Positions 19,601-25,884 of a stretch of DNA of 64,000 bases are shown here, piece by piece. Location of the stretch: assembly GCA_950073045.1 (NCBI GenBank), contig CATMQD010000001.1:25400-89399 (forward strand), given 5' to 3'. Source of the DNA: an uncultured Flavobacteriales bacterium (GTDB lineage Bacteria; Bacteroidota; Bacteroidia; Flavobacteriales; Schleiferiaceae). The position numbers were made by a program, and so were the translations under genes. Numbering within the stretch: position 1 is the stretch's first letter; each line of letters starts with the position of its first letter. The notes beneath the pieces were generated by a model that did no database searches, had not been told where the DNA came from, and was given only the letters and a program-made list of their open reading frames with translations.

Positions 19601-20752
19601 AGCAGCGGAGTGATAAGCTACTACTAACCAAGTGCCATCATCAACTTTATTGTAATTCGTTCCGCAACCTGAACCACCCCAGCTGCGGCCAACGTGAATT
19701 TCAAAGTTTACAGTTCCTGTTGCCGTATTGGCAAAAGATAAACTATTACGATTATAGCTAAAAGTACCTCCCGAAGAACCACTTCCACTGGATATGGAGG
19801 ATTCTCCTTGCCCGGTAGTTGCGCAATACATCCAAGATCGTTGTTCACTCATGTAAGCACCACCAGCGGCAGTCATATCATAATAAACATCCACGCTATC
19901 AACCCAGTCCCCAGAAGGGATTGTCAAACTCATGGTACCTGGACAAGCAGAGGTCGCTCCCGGAGAGGTATAGCCATATTCGGAGTCTATATCACCAGAA
20001 TTATAAGTGCCACAAACGGCATTGGGTGGACATTGGAAGGCGGTTGTAAATGCAAATGGTCCAGCCCATGCACTTACTGTACCCCCACCACAATCTGCGC
20101 GAACATAAAATTCATAGTCGGTAGAAGAGCTTAATCCTGTTAAAGAATAAGGATTGGTTCCGGTGCCTGTTATCATAGTGCCAGAGCCTTGGCTAAAACC
20201 CGATGCTCCATACTCTATATCCCATACTGTTTCTGCTCCTCCGGCAGTCCAGCCGAGATCCGCTGCTGTGGCGGTAATATTACTGGCGCTCAGGGCAGAT
20301 GGGAATGTACAAGACGGGCATGCTGTGGATAAAGCATTAAAGGCCTCTGAGACCTCCAAATCGGTTGGCGTTGGGTTTACACCATTATCCGGTGTTGCCC
20401 CTCCATTATCGGCCACTATGGAATTATCGCATAAACGGTAAACACGATAAGTGTTACCGTTCCAGCCATCACCGTAAGTGTCGTAAGCTCGGAATGTATA
20501 AGCGGCCCCGTCGGCAAGACATACTGTGTCGGTTGTTACAGCAGTGCCCGAGTAGGTTCCTGGATTGGCCGTGTCTACTACCGTATTCGAAGCATCTACG
20601 ATAGACCAGCCGATTTCACCCGGATAATTACTCGAGCTAGTGGTTATTTCAATTACATACTGATTCTCGCCGGGGTTGCACTGAGCACTAAGCTCTGGTG
20701 ACCAAATGGCAAGCACCACAAAGGTTAAAAAGTGGGATAGTGCCTTTCTCAT
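7625..20752 (-). CDS. Giant T9SS type-A cargo adhesin, about 4375 aa: 6 FN3, MAM-like domains, CARDB-like, 2 SprB repeats, 21 HYR-like repeats, 4 HYR, CTD
   Basis: Signal peptide MRKALSHFLTFVVLAIWSPELSAQ (ATG at 20752 preferred over the 20797 ORF start); C-terminal LEVYPNPNNGQFNI...VRKMLMK. Confidence 0.92.
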   Translation of the reverse strand: MRKALSHFLTFVVLAIWSPELSAQCNPGENQYVIEITTSSSNYPGEIGWSIVDASNTVVDTANPGTYSGTAVTTDTVCLADGAAYTFRAYDTYGDGWNGNTYRVYRLCDNSIVADNGGATPDNGVNPTPTDLEVSEAFNALSTACPSCTFPSALSASNITATAADLGWTAGGAETVWDIEYGASGFSQGSGTMITGTGTNPYSLTGLSSSTDYEFYVRADCGGGTVSAWAGPFAFTTAFQCPPNAVCGTYNSGDIDSEYGYTSPGATSACPGTMSLTIPSGDWVDSVDVYYDMTAAGGAYMSEQRSWMYCATTGQGESSISSGSGSSGGTFSYNRNSLSFANTATGTVNFEIHVGRSWGGSGCGTNYNKVDDGTWLVVAYHSAAPSCTPPNSLTASNIAATSADLAWTSTGTETQWDIEYGASGFSQGSGTMLSAVSSNPYSLSGLSSSTEYQYYVRANCGGTTSNWAGPFTFTTAFQCPPNAVCGTYTSGDIDSDRSFTAIPGTSSCPATITLTIPSGDWVDSVDVYYDMTAGGGGWMSEQRSWIYCTNTTQGESSINNGSGGTGGTLSYNRNSLSFANTATGNVSFQMHAGRTYGGSGCNTTFNKVDDGTWLIVAYHSTAPSCTPPNTLTATNLMATSADLGWNSTGTETQWDIEYGASGFSQGSGTMVSGVSSNPYNLAGLTANSSYEFYVRADCGGSASTWAGPYSFSTPCVTPNAISLPFVEDFESLNGTSQTDVAITCNTNVNIQYSTDNQGLGRARWGTNAVTAISGSGSVTLDMTPSGTFVSNFLEFTVNMSSYTANTDLEFLFDYQDHGDEDQAQDSVWIRGSSSDSWVGIYDLNPTALGNGTTSNVGPIDIDAALSAAGQTVSSTFQIRFGQNDNFPATSATASDGITFDNITIRLTPTCIKPSSLTATNITSSAADLGWTENGTATAWFVEYGPTGFSQGAGTTVNVGSNPYSLSGLTANTDYDFYVRSFCTVGDTSFWEGPYTFKTACAVFMAPWSEDFDNSGSIPDCWEQGATNSENWLFSTSASYGPTSDNTSGSGYFAWIDDSSPHNTATSLESPQIDLSGLTVPLLRFYLWSEDHGNTPTFLMHVDIDAGSGWVLDSTFDIENTSWELQSLDLSAYAGQTIQIRFRGEEVGTGFQKDIAIDDVEVIETPNCPAPSGLSASNVTQSEADLDWTENGTATAWDIEYGTRGFSPSGTPTNAGITKPYNLSALSGATGYDVYVRAACGGTDGNSTWVGPLEIITLPDTAEGINCVAGVASVLFTEDFEDNSAGWTGSINSGNASWEIPDGASSSGTGANSGFGGGNFMNYEASGTTDNNGSIVSPAIDLSGAVNEAELSFYMHAYGAGMGTLNVGIGTDPAGPFTNEFTWTGQLQTSGADDWANVGIDISAYIGSTIYIQFTQYDTLNGGGVYAGDMSIDELSVSACVSCPAPSAFNTDTVGIDLAKLAWTENGSATTWLVEYGASGFSPGTGTEQSVSSMPCALSGLTENTTYDVYLRSYCGVGDTSTRVGPLSFTTLCAVINSFPYTQDFDGLTPNNGSISCGTTNDLGECWSNEGSSDDVDWNPRSSGTGSSNTGPSGDNNGGGNYLFIEGTSCFNNVAQLYSPVFDFTTNTAPRITFDYHMYGAAMGSLELSYSADSGATWSTPIVSLSGDQGNSWNGTGALILSLAGEDNVIFRFTGTTGSGFTTDMAIDDVTVDEAPMHEVGVTDIAINGDGCGTNQALTVDISNFGAATQTSIPVIYEFNGSTISETWTGSLSPGASTQYTFTTLFDASATGNYDIVAYTNLGTDADTDNDSSFANITTPARYSTDYRGDFESGLPGDWTTDGSITTGHNAPSSVLYKNLWSSAPSFTTTSSRIENIAAGDVFRYAYRYVDYSAGTNGTSLGNGDTLKVLISTDCGQNWTLMDTIHAGNHTASADMRRMEYDMSSYAGGVVMIRFAAERGTGDYFLDLDEFYIGEGLSTNTVVISDFNGQDISCNSASDGEAEASAMGGVMPYTYEWDANAGSQLNDTANGLASGKYYVTITDAQGYSLQDSITLVEPDTISLSVNITNPTCAANFDGAIDLTITGGTLPYNISWSDGPAVTEDRAAIDTGAYTVTITDANGCTYTDTYTLVIEDVVLPTVNTQNITVYLDASGNASIVGAAVDNGSTDNCGVASLAVSPASFSCADEGNNTVTLTVTDINGNQNTGSATVTVADTTSPIVVCQDITVYLDGSGNASIVAADIDNGSSDNCTLSSLSLDNTSFTCADEGANTVILTATDQTGNSSTCSATVTVVDSTAPTAVCQDLTVYLDGAGNASITAADVDNGSTDNCTVATLSLDQTSFTCADEGANTVSLTVTDQTGNFSSCTATITVVDTTSPVAVSQNINVYLDGNGAASISGSDVDGGSSDNCTVTNLSVSPSSFSCADEGANTVTLTVTDQAGNTNSSTATVTVIDSTAPTAVCQNLTIYLDGSGNASITAADVDNGSSDNCSVANIDVDKASFTCADEGANTVTLTVTDQAANQSTCTATVTVVDTVSPSAVCQNLTVYLDGSGSAVITPNDIDNGSTDNCSVANLSLDNMSFSCSDLGANTVVLTVTDQAGNSSTCSATVTVMDTTNPVASVQNLTIYLDGNGSASITANDADNGSSDNCSIVSTTISKEDYDCDDLGANTVNFTVQDQSGNQNSANFTVTVVDTISPSISTKSHTAYLDANGDASIEVFDVSSGTSNACSIDTVFLDIYDFDCSDVGMNTVTVTAQATGGSASNTATASVLVVDTISPVVNTQSLIMYLDANGQTSINPGMINNGSTDACGIASYSLDISSFDCSNLGNNTVVLTVVDVNGNSATNTAVVEVRDTITPVAKSRDLTVYLDGNGSVTVAASTVNNNSTDNCGITPSLSQAVFDCGDEGLNQEYLIVTDVDGNVDSTDFLITVLDTISPSVITRNITVQLGATGLASISPNQLDSASSDNCSNQLFYTASKSSFNCGDLGVNTVTLTATDVHGNSTSKTATVTVEDNIAPIVQTQPVILSLDANGMASLSASMINNGSSDNCGIDSLWISQESFDCSNIGSNSVSLFARDASGNQNSSAVIVTVQDVINPVAVANNITVYLDASGSASISAADLEGGSSDNCGVSSSSIDVSSFGCSNVGPNTVNLTVEDASGNSNSTSATLTVMDTISPTAISKNITIALDANGNASISASDINDGSSDACGIASMSVSPSSFSCSDLGTNTVTIMVTDNNGNSSTATATVTVEDNRAPTAIAQNTTIYLDANGSASLSTMMVDNGSNDNCGISTYSLSKTSFGCGDLGNNTVVLTVTDASGNSANTAATVTVMDTVSPMVATQNITVYLDANGTASISAGMIDNGSSDNCSVSSLALDVSSFTCSDVGANTVSLSATDASSNSTSAHAIVTVMDTISPNVQSQNITVALDANGNASISTSDIDDGSSDACGIASMSLSNTSFTCADLGTNMLSLSVTDNNGNTASSMATVTVVDNIAPSANTQNITVYLDANGAASISAGMIDNGSSDNCSVSSLSLSQSTFGCSDLGLNTVSLTVSDGSGNSSSASATVTVVDTVSPLMASQNINAYLDANGVVAISAAAVNNGSADNCGISSYSLSKTSFTCADVGANNVILSATDGSGNSSSISATVTVIDTISPNAVAQNYSVSLDANGNASIVASNIAAGSSDACGIASMSVSPSSFSCSDLGPNTVTLTVIDLNGNSSSTTSTVTVVDNIAPTVITQAHTVYLNASGNATISTTDINNGSTDNCTISSYSLNISSFDCSNVGQNLVTLSVTDGSGNSASGGAIVTVVDTISPSVSNTPANITAYSTAGSCGATVSWPSITGSDNCSVSGISSSISSGSFFNTGTTTVVLTANDPSGNSSSSSFTVTVLDTIAPVFTSGANNISVSPNATSCDATVTWTTPTATDNCSTVSYTSSHSSGATFPLGTTTVTVTASDADGNNRTTSFDITVTDVIAPTISNVPSNITVANDAGNCDAVVTYTLPTVSDNCSGATITTSHASGSTFPVGTTTVSFTATDAAGNTSSSSFDITVEDQEAPVFTLVPASDTVGQCGQIYTFTMPSGSDNCSGLLQVRQTGGLPSGSVFPPGATTNTFEISDPAGNSSTASFTIVVVPQGQPQLPSLIEACVNDPAVNITLGQNIVWSGNGIINNGTTFHPATAGTGRHLLSYVFTDSMSCNVSGSIAITVLPKPVTPTINKVGSTTLETGIYNTYQWYRDGVAISGANTQSYTYTQSGNYQVEVSNTVGCFTYSAGYVVGTSGGGIGLEELDLKQLEVYPNPNNGQFNIELNVDGIEDLSISLYSLDGRKVYEQQAQTDHDGKVQVDVGHLPTANYFLYIRTADQVAVRKMLMK
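8342..9310 (-). repeat. Four canonical HYR domains
   Basis: DxxxP...ATDNC...SGxxFPxGTTTV...DxxGN...F.ITV pattern occurs four times. Confidence 0.85.
9311..14353 (-). repeat. 21 tandem ~80-aa (240-bp) HYR-like repeats
   Basis: Consensus DTxxPxxxxQNITVYLDANGxASI...NGSSDNC...SFxCxDxGxNTVxLTVTDxxGN...ATVTV; Asp codons at 14353, 14113, 13873 and so on down to 9550. Confidence 0.95.
18881..20311 (-). repeat. Tandem duplication of a 238-239-aa unit (FN3 plus a ~148-aa uncharacterised domain)
   Basis: AFQCPPNAVCGTY...IPSGDWVDSVDVYYDMTA...SEQRSW...NRNSLSFANTATG...KVDDGTWL occurs twice. Confidence 0.93.
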
Positions 20753-20798
20753 GTTTTGTTTGGTTGGTTGATAAAAAACAATGAAAAAGCAGATCAAA

Positions 20799-20817
20799 GG
20801 CTAATGTTTATTTAGCC
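20799..20817. other. Short hairpin in the adhesin leader
   Basis: GGCTAA-N7-TTAGCC, followed on the minus strand by TTTGATCTGCTTTTT. Confidence 0.45.
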
Positions 20818-20821
20818 GCTG

Positions 20822-20905
20822 CTAGGGCACACCCATCGCTAAAACGCGCTTCTTGAGTAGGGGTAATAGAAAGTTTCTGGGGACAAGAGGTAACTCTTTC
20901 CGCAT
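20822..20905 (-). CDS. Candidate 27-aa upstream ORF MRKELPLVPRNFLLPLLKKRVLAMGVP
   Basis: Manual translation, ATG at 20905 to TAG at 20822; preceded by the same 18-nt leader as the adhesin ATG. Confidence 0.45.
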   Translation of the reverse strand: MRKELPLVPRNFLLPLLKKRVLAMGVP

Positions 20906-21020
20906 AAGATTTTTTGTTTGGTTGGTTGAAGGATGGTGAAGATAGAAAATTATTAACAACGCACAAGCCTGAAAATGAGCGCACCGCTAATTTTTTCTTG
21001 AAAAAGTCTAGAAAAAGAGT

Positions 21021-21701
21021 CTATTTTTCGGAAAGACGATCGATTAAAATCTTCTTGTTATTGCGGCTTACGGGGATTTCTTGGCCTGCTAAGAAGACGG
21101 TGTTTTCCTCCAGTTTTTGGATCTTGTCTAAATTGATGATGTGAGATTTGTGAACCCTCAAAAAGTTTTCTGGCAACTTAGCTACGAAGGCTTTCATTGT
21201 GCTGTGCACGATATATCGCTTATCTTCTGTAACCACTTTAATATAATCCCCAAGTGCCTCAACGTAAGACACATCATCGGCAGAAAGCTTTACTAAAACA
21301 CCATCGGATTTAATAAAGAGAGAATTATCTACATCCGGTTTACTAAGGTTATCCTCATAATATCGAGCTCTTTGTACCGCAGAAGAGAAGCGGTCCATAT
21401 CTACTGGCTTAGAGATGTAGTCGGTAACATCGTATTCAAAAGCTTCAAAAGCATAGTGCTTTTTAGCGGTTACCATTATAACTTGAGGGACCTCTTTAAA
21501 GCTGGCTAAGAACTCTATTCCGCTCATCTCGGGCATTTCCACATCTAAAAAGATGAGGTCCACATGCCGCTTTTGCAAGGCAATTCTTGCCTCAATAGCG
21601 TTAGGGTACATACCTACTAACTCTAAGTCGCTTACTTGATTAATGCAAGACCTGATTGCTTCCCGTTGTATGGGATCATCATCAACAACGATACATTTCA
21701 T
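21021..21701 (-). CDS. LytTR (LytR/AlgR family) response regulator
   Basis: REC domain LIFLDVEMPEMSG with intact Asp; LytTR domain YVEALGDYIKV...FLRVHKSHIINL. Confidence 0.95.
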   Translation of the reverse strand: MKCIVVDDDPIQREAIRSCINQVSDLELVGMYPNAIEARIALQKRHVDLIFLDVEMPEMSGIEFLASFKEVPQVIMVTAKKHYAFEAFEYDVTDYISKPVDMDRFSSAVQRARYYEDNLSKPDVDNSLFIKSDGVLVKLSADDVSYVEALGDYIKVVTEDKRYIVHSTMKAFVAKLPENFLRVHKSHIINLDKIQKLEENTVFLAGQEIPVSRNNKKILIDRLSEK

Positions 21702-21804
21702 GAGGGAGATTCAATTGCTAACAAAAATGGCCCTAAAAAACTTAGAATGCAAGTGAAGTGGTTTATTAGCCTTAGATTCGCCTAAATAGTTCTTTTTCAG
21801 GCTT

Positions 21805-21834
21805 ACCGTTTATCGAAGAAAACCGACCGTTCGT
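21805..21834 (+). promoter_or_regulatory. LytTR-type direct-repeat binding site
   Basis: ACCGTTTAT (21805) and ACCGTTCGT (21826), 12-bp spacer, 21-bp period; both fit [TA][AC][CA]GTTN[AG][TG]. Confidence 0.75.
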
Positions 21835-21927
21835 CTTGAAAACGATATAATCTACGGTTCATCTAAAAGTTCCTCACTATCCTTATTAAGCCCCTTACGT
21901 TTGTTGGGTAATCGAAAAATTACGGAT

Positions 21928-24900
21928 ATGAAAACGTGGGGTTTATCAATTTTAATGGCACTTTCTTTTAGTGCATTCGGTCAAATTTTAACCGTAACCA
22001 ATACCAATGATTCGGGTCCCGGATCTTTACGTCAGGTAATTACCGACGCCAATTCAAACTGGAGTATTGATCGGATTGAGTTTAACATTCCAACTTCTGA
22101 TCCCGGCTATAACGCGGCGACAGGAGTGTTTACTATTGTAGTAAGCAGCACCGAGCTTCCTGAACTTAGCAACCGAGTACTTACCGTAGATGGTAGTACC
22201 CAAACTGCCTTTACCGGTAATACCAACACTACGGTATTCGGAATTGGTGGAACTGTTGGTTGCGATGATATTGCTTTAAGCCAGGTTGACGGTCCAGAAA
22301 TCGAAATCGTTGATGGAGTTGGTAACCTTAAGTGGGGTTTACACGCTACCGAGCGCGATATCACCATTAACGACATTACCATTCACAGTTTTGGAAACGG
22401 TTGGTTCATTTGGAATGAAGCTAACCTGTTAGTACGTGGCGGTGCCCGTAACTTCGAAGCCTTTAATATGGTTTTAGGATCTGAGGCTCATGCCGATATG
22501 GCTCCTAGCGGTGATGTAAATGGCGGTCCAAACTTCCAAGCCCTTCAAGTAAACGACGGTAAGTTCCATAACAGCTATGTGGCCTACGGAAACACCATGG
22601 GTGGTTTCTTACGTACAGGTTGTACTAATTGGGAAATCTATCAAAACGACTTTGCCCACAACGGTTTGGTAGATATGATTACTGATGGTTTAGATGTTGC
22701 CGACCACACTGAAAACTGTATCGTTCGCCACAATATGTTCCGTGATAATGGTGCTAATGGTTTTGACTCTTACAATTCTTTTGGTAATCACTTAATTGAA
22801 AACAATACCTCATTCGGAAATGGTATCCTTTGTAATGAAACCAACGGTATGCGTATCTACGGTTCTTATGGTGACACTATCCGCAAGAATAAAATTTACG
22901 ATAATGTTGGAGCCGGTATCTTAGTAGGTAGTGCTGCTGAAAAGCACTGGATTACTGAGAACTGTATCTACAACAACGGTAATATCATCCCTACTGGAGC
23001 TACTGGTGGAATCTCTCACCAAATTGGAATCGACTTACTTCGTTCTACCGACAATCACCGTAAAGGTACTAGCCCTTACGTTACTTTAAACGACGATAAT
23101 GATGTGGATGCTGGTGGTAATAAAGCCCAAAACTTCCCAATTATTGATGCGGTACTCATTAACGGTGGAAACCTTACCGTAAAAGGTTTTGCTCCTGCAG
23201 GTTCATTAATCGAGTTCTTTACTGCCAATGTTTACACTGGCGCTTATATGGCTCAGGGTCAGAGTTTCTTATTCTCTAAAACAGAAGGTAGCGCCGACGA
23301 TATGGACGCGAGCACCGGATCTTACGGTCCTGGTTTAATAAACGGTGTTGCGCAGGGAACTGAAACCAATGCTAATCGTTTTGAGTTTACCGTTCCTGTT
23401 CCTGCTGGATTTACAGCTGGAGATAAAATTACCGCCACAGCTTATTTAGCCGCCAATGGTACTTCTGAGTTTTGTGCCGCCTTTACCGCTACTGGTTCAA
23501 CTGGTACTGTAAATGTTACTCCTCAGTTAAACTGTGTATATATCGATGTAAATGGCAATGTAGTAGCTCGCTTTGGATATCAAAACCAAAACGGTTCTAC
23601 AGTAAATGTGCCGGTAGGTGGAAGCAATTACTTTAGCCCTGGAGCTCAGGATCGCGGACAAGGAACTGCTTTCCAATCAGGAACCCACTGTGATGTATTT
23701 GATGTAAGCTTTCCATCAGTTAGCTCATTAAGCTGGTACTTACAAGGAACTACCATTACGGCCGATATTAACAGCGTGCGCTGTCCTGCTGACTTAGAAG
23801 TAACTCAAACTGTTACCAACAATACGCCTAACACTGGTGATCAAGTAACCTTCACCATTTATGTAGACAACCTTACCTGTGGTGTTCCTGCAACTGCAGT
23901 AGTAATTGATTACTTAATCGACGCTAACTTCACCTATGTGAGCCATAACAGCCCAAGCAGCGGTACTTATAACCCTAATACTGGTGAGTGGACCATTCCA
24001 GAAGTTACTTGTGGTAATGTTCAAACTTTAGAAGTAACAGTATTAGTAAATGGAAATGGTAGCAACACTGCTTCTGTAAACAGTCAGAACCAACCAGACC
24101 CTAATACGGCTAATAACAGCGCTACTGAAAACTGTGCAACTGGTTCTTCAGGTTCTAACAACGGTGGTATCGAAAGCGAAGGTTCTATGGCTCGTTTAAT
24201 TGCAGCCCGTAACTACGAGCGTATCATCAGCGGAAAGCACACCTTCTACGACCGAATTAATGAGCAACCAACATTAAACGACTACCAGCGAAGCGCCATG
24301 GCAAAAACTAATGCCTTAAGCGATTACCTTCCTCCTGTAGGACCTCATAATGCTCCTGCGGTAATTGCCAGTCCAAACGACTTAATTGGTATTACCAATG
24401 CCTTAAATGTATTCTCTGTAGACTATTTGAATAATGCTCAAAACCGTTTAGGAAGTATCCTAGCAATTGAGACTCAAAACGAAGTTTACAATCATACCAA
24501 AGTTATTTGCGACCGATTAAATGGTGCTTCTTTGGAGAACATCAAAGTGGTAAACATCAAAGGTCATAACTTCATCATGTCTCACCTAGATCAGGGAGAT
24601 GGAATGGTAGATATCGCAGTAACCTTTGTAGCCTATAAAAAAGCGGATGGTAGCTTTGAGATTGATGCTCGTTGGAACCAACAAGACTATAATATTCAGT
24701 CTTCTGATAAAGTATATAACTTCCAAGTATGGTCGGTTTCTGAAAGCTTAACTCGCGAATTGGTAGAAGATATCTTAGACCTTATGGCGATGGACGGAGC
24801 GGTAGAAAGTTTAACTAGCACTCACGTTGCTATTCCTACTACCTATGTGAAAACTGGTCACTACGAGGATGGAAAGATCCACTTAACCATGGTAAATACT

Positions 24901-25884
24901 GTTGGTGCTGGTGAAATCAACATCATGGCTAACCGCACCATTAATGAGCAAGCTACTCGTACTCAATTTGGAGAACTAATTAGCTTAGACCCTACTAAAA
25001 CAGAAGAAACTGTAGTTTGGAATACCGGCTATATTTTCGATACTGGTTTTGAAATCTTAAATGATATCGGTGGTGGTCGTGATGTATTATACCTAGCCGA
25101 TGGTGCCTGGGGTGTAGACTTCGAGCGCGTAGTTGGAGCAACCAACACTAGCTTTACTACCCTTACCGAAAGCGGTTATGCTTTTGATGCTAACAAGAAA
25201 CACTTAGAGCGCGATGTACAGTTTGCTGGAAACGTAAAAAATTATGTGAGCATTTACCGCATGTTACGTTCTGGACACAAAGCCGTAGACATGAGCGCTT
25301 ACAATCAATTAACCTTCGAAGCCAGCTTAAGCGGAATGAGTGAGATGATTGTAACAGTAGTAACTGCCGACATCACTAACTGGAGCGAGCAATACCGTGT
25401 TACTGTACCAGTAAACAATGCCGCAATGGGAACTTATACTGTAAACCTTGCAGATCTTCAGTCTGCAGGAAACCTTCCCTTAGACTTAAGTAAAGTTCTT
25501 AATGTTACTTTCTCTATCGTGGGAGACTATAACAACTATGTTCCGGTAACCTTCGACGTCAGCAACCTTGAGTTTAACAGCAATGGAAACTCTATCGGAA
25601 CTGATGAGTTTACCGCACAAGCTGATGCTGGAATTAATGTGTACCCTAATCCTTTTAGTGGAGCAGCTCACATTGACCTTAAGTTAGAAAATGGAAGTGA
25701 CGTTCGCGTAGAGCTTTACGACCTAAGTGGTAAAATGGTTGACATGCAATCTATGGGATACCAATTGCGCGGAACCAATACCATGGTATACCAAAGTCAA
25801 GCTGAACTTTTAGACGGTATTTACCTAATGAAGGTTATCAGCGACAGCAAGACCTACACCCAGAAAGTGGTGTACCGTAAATAG
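21928..25884 (+). CDS. T9SS type-A cargo with right-handed parallel beta-helix, Ig-like and DUF11-like domains
   Basis: Signal peptide MKTWGLSILMALSFSAFG (ATG 21928); TVTNTNDSGPGSLRQ motif; N/G-rich IxNNxxxxNG repeats; CTD INVYPNPFSG...YTQKVVYRK. Confidence 0.88.
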   Translation: MKTWGLSILMALSFSAFGQILTVTNTNDSGPGSLRQVITDANSNWSIDRIEFNIPTSDPGYNAATGVFTIVVSSTELPELSNRVLTVDGSTQTAFTGNTNTTVFGIGGTVGCDDIALSQVDGPEIEIVDGVGNLKWGLHATERDITINDITIHSFGNGWFIWNEANLLVRGGARNFEAFNMVLGSEAHADMAPSGDVNGGPNFQALQVNDGKFHNSYVAYGNTMGGFLRTGCTNWEIYQNDFAHNGLVDMITDGLDVADHTENCIVRHNMFRDNGANGFDSYNSFGNHLIENNTSFGNGILCNETNGMRIYGSYGDTIRKNKIYDNVGAGILVGSAAEKHWITENCIYNNGNIIPTGATGGISHQIGIDLLRSTDNHRKGTSPYVTLNDDNDVDAGGNKAQNFPIIDAVLINGGNLTVKGFAPAGSLIEFFTANVYTGAYMAQGQSFLFSKTEGSADDMDASTGSYGPGLINGVAQGTETNANRFEFTVPVPAGFTAGDKITATAYLAANGTSEFCAAFTATGSTGTVNVTPQLNCVYIDVNGNVVARFGYQNQNGSTVNVPVGGSNYFSPGAQDRGQGTAFQSGTHCDVFDVSFPSVSSLSWYLQGTTITADINSVRCPADLEVTQTVTNNTPNTGDQVTFTIYVDNLTCGVPATAVVIDYLIDANFTYVSHNSPSSGTYNPNTGEWTIPEVTCGNVQTLEVTVLVNGNGSNTASVNSQNQPDPNTANNSATENCATGSSGSNNGGIESEGSMARLIAARNYERIISGKHTFYDRINEQPTLNDYQRSAMAKTNALSDYLPPVGPHNAPAVIASPNDLIGITNALNVFSVDYLNNAQNRLGSILAIETQNEVYNHTKVICDRLNGASLENIKVVNIKGHNFIMSHLDQGDGMVDIAVTFVAYKKADGSFEIDARWNQQDYNIQSSDKVYNFQVWSVSESLTRELVEDILDLMAMDGAVESLTSTHVAIPTTYVKTGHYEDGKIHLTMVNTVGAGEINIMANRTINEQATRTQFGELISLDPTKTEETVVWNTGYIFDTGFEILNDIGGGRDVLYLADGAWGVDFERVVGATNTSFTTLTESGYAFDANKKHLERDVQFAGNVKNYVSIYRMLRSGHKAVDMSAYNQLTFEASLSGMSEMIVTVVTADITNWSEQYRVTVPVNNAAMGTYTVNLADLQSAGNLPLDLSKVLNVTFSIVGDYNNYVPVTFDVSNLEFNSNGNSIGTDEFTAQADAGINVYPNPFSGAAHIDLKLENGSDVRVELYDLSGKMVDMQSMGYQLRGTNTMVYQSQAELLDGIYLMKVISDSKTYTQKVVYRK

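Noticed and set aside
8344-20604. Many 60-180-aa ORFs antisense to or out of frame within the adhesin (for example 10968-11504)
   Set aside because: Shadow ORFs produced by the repetitive V/T/S/N codon pattern; no independent motifs or starts
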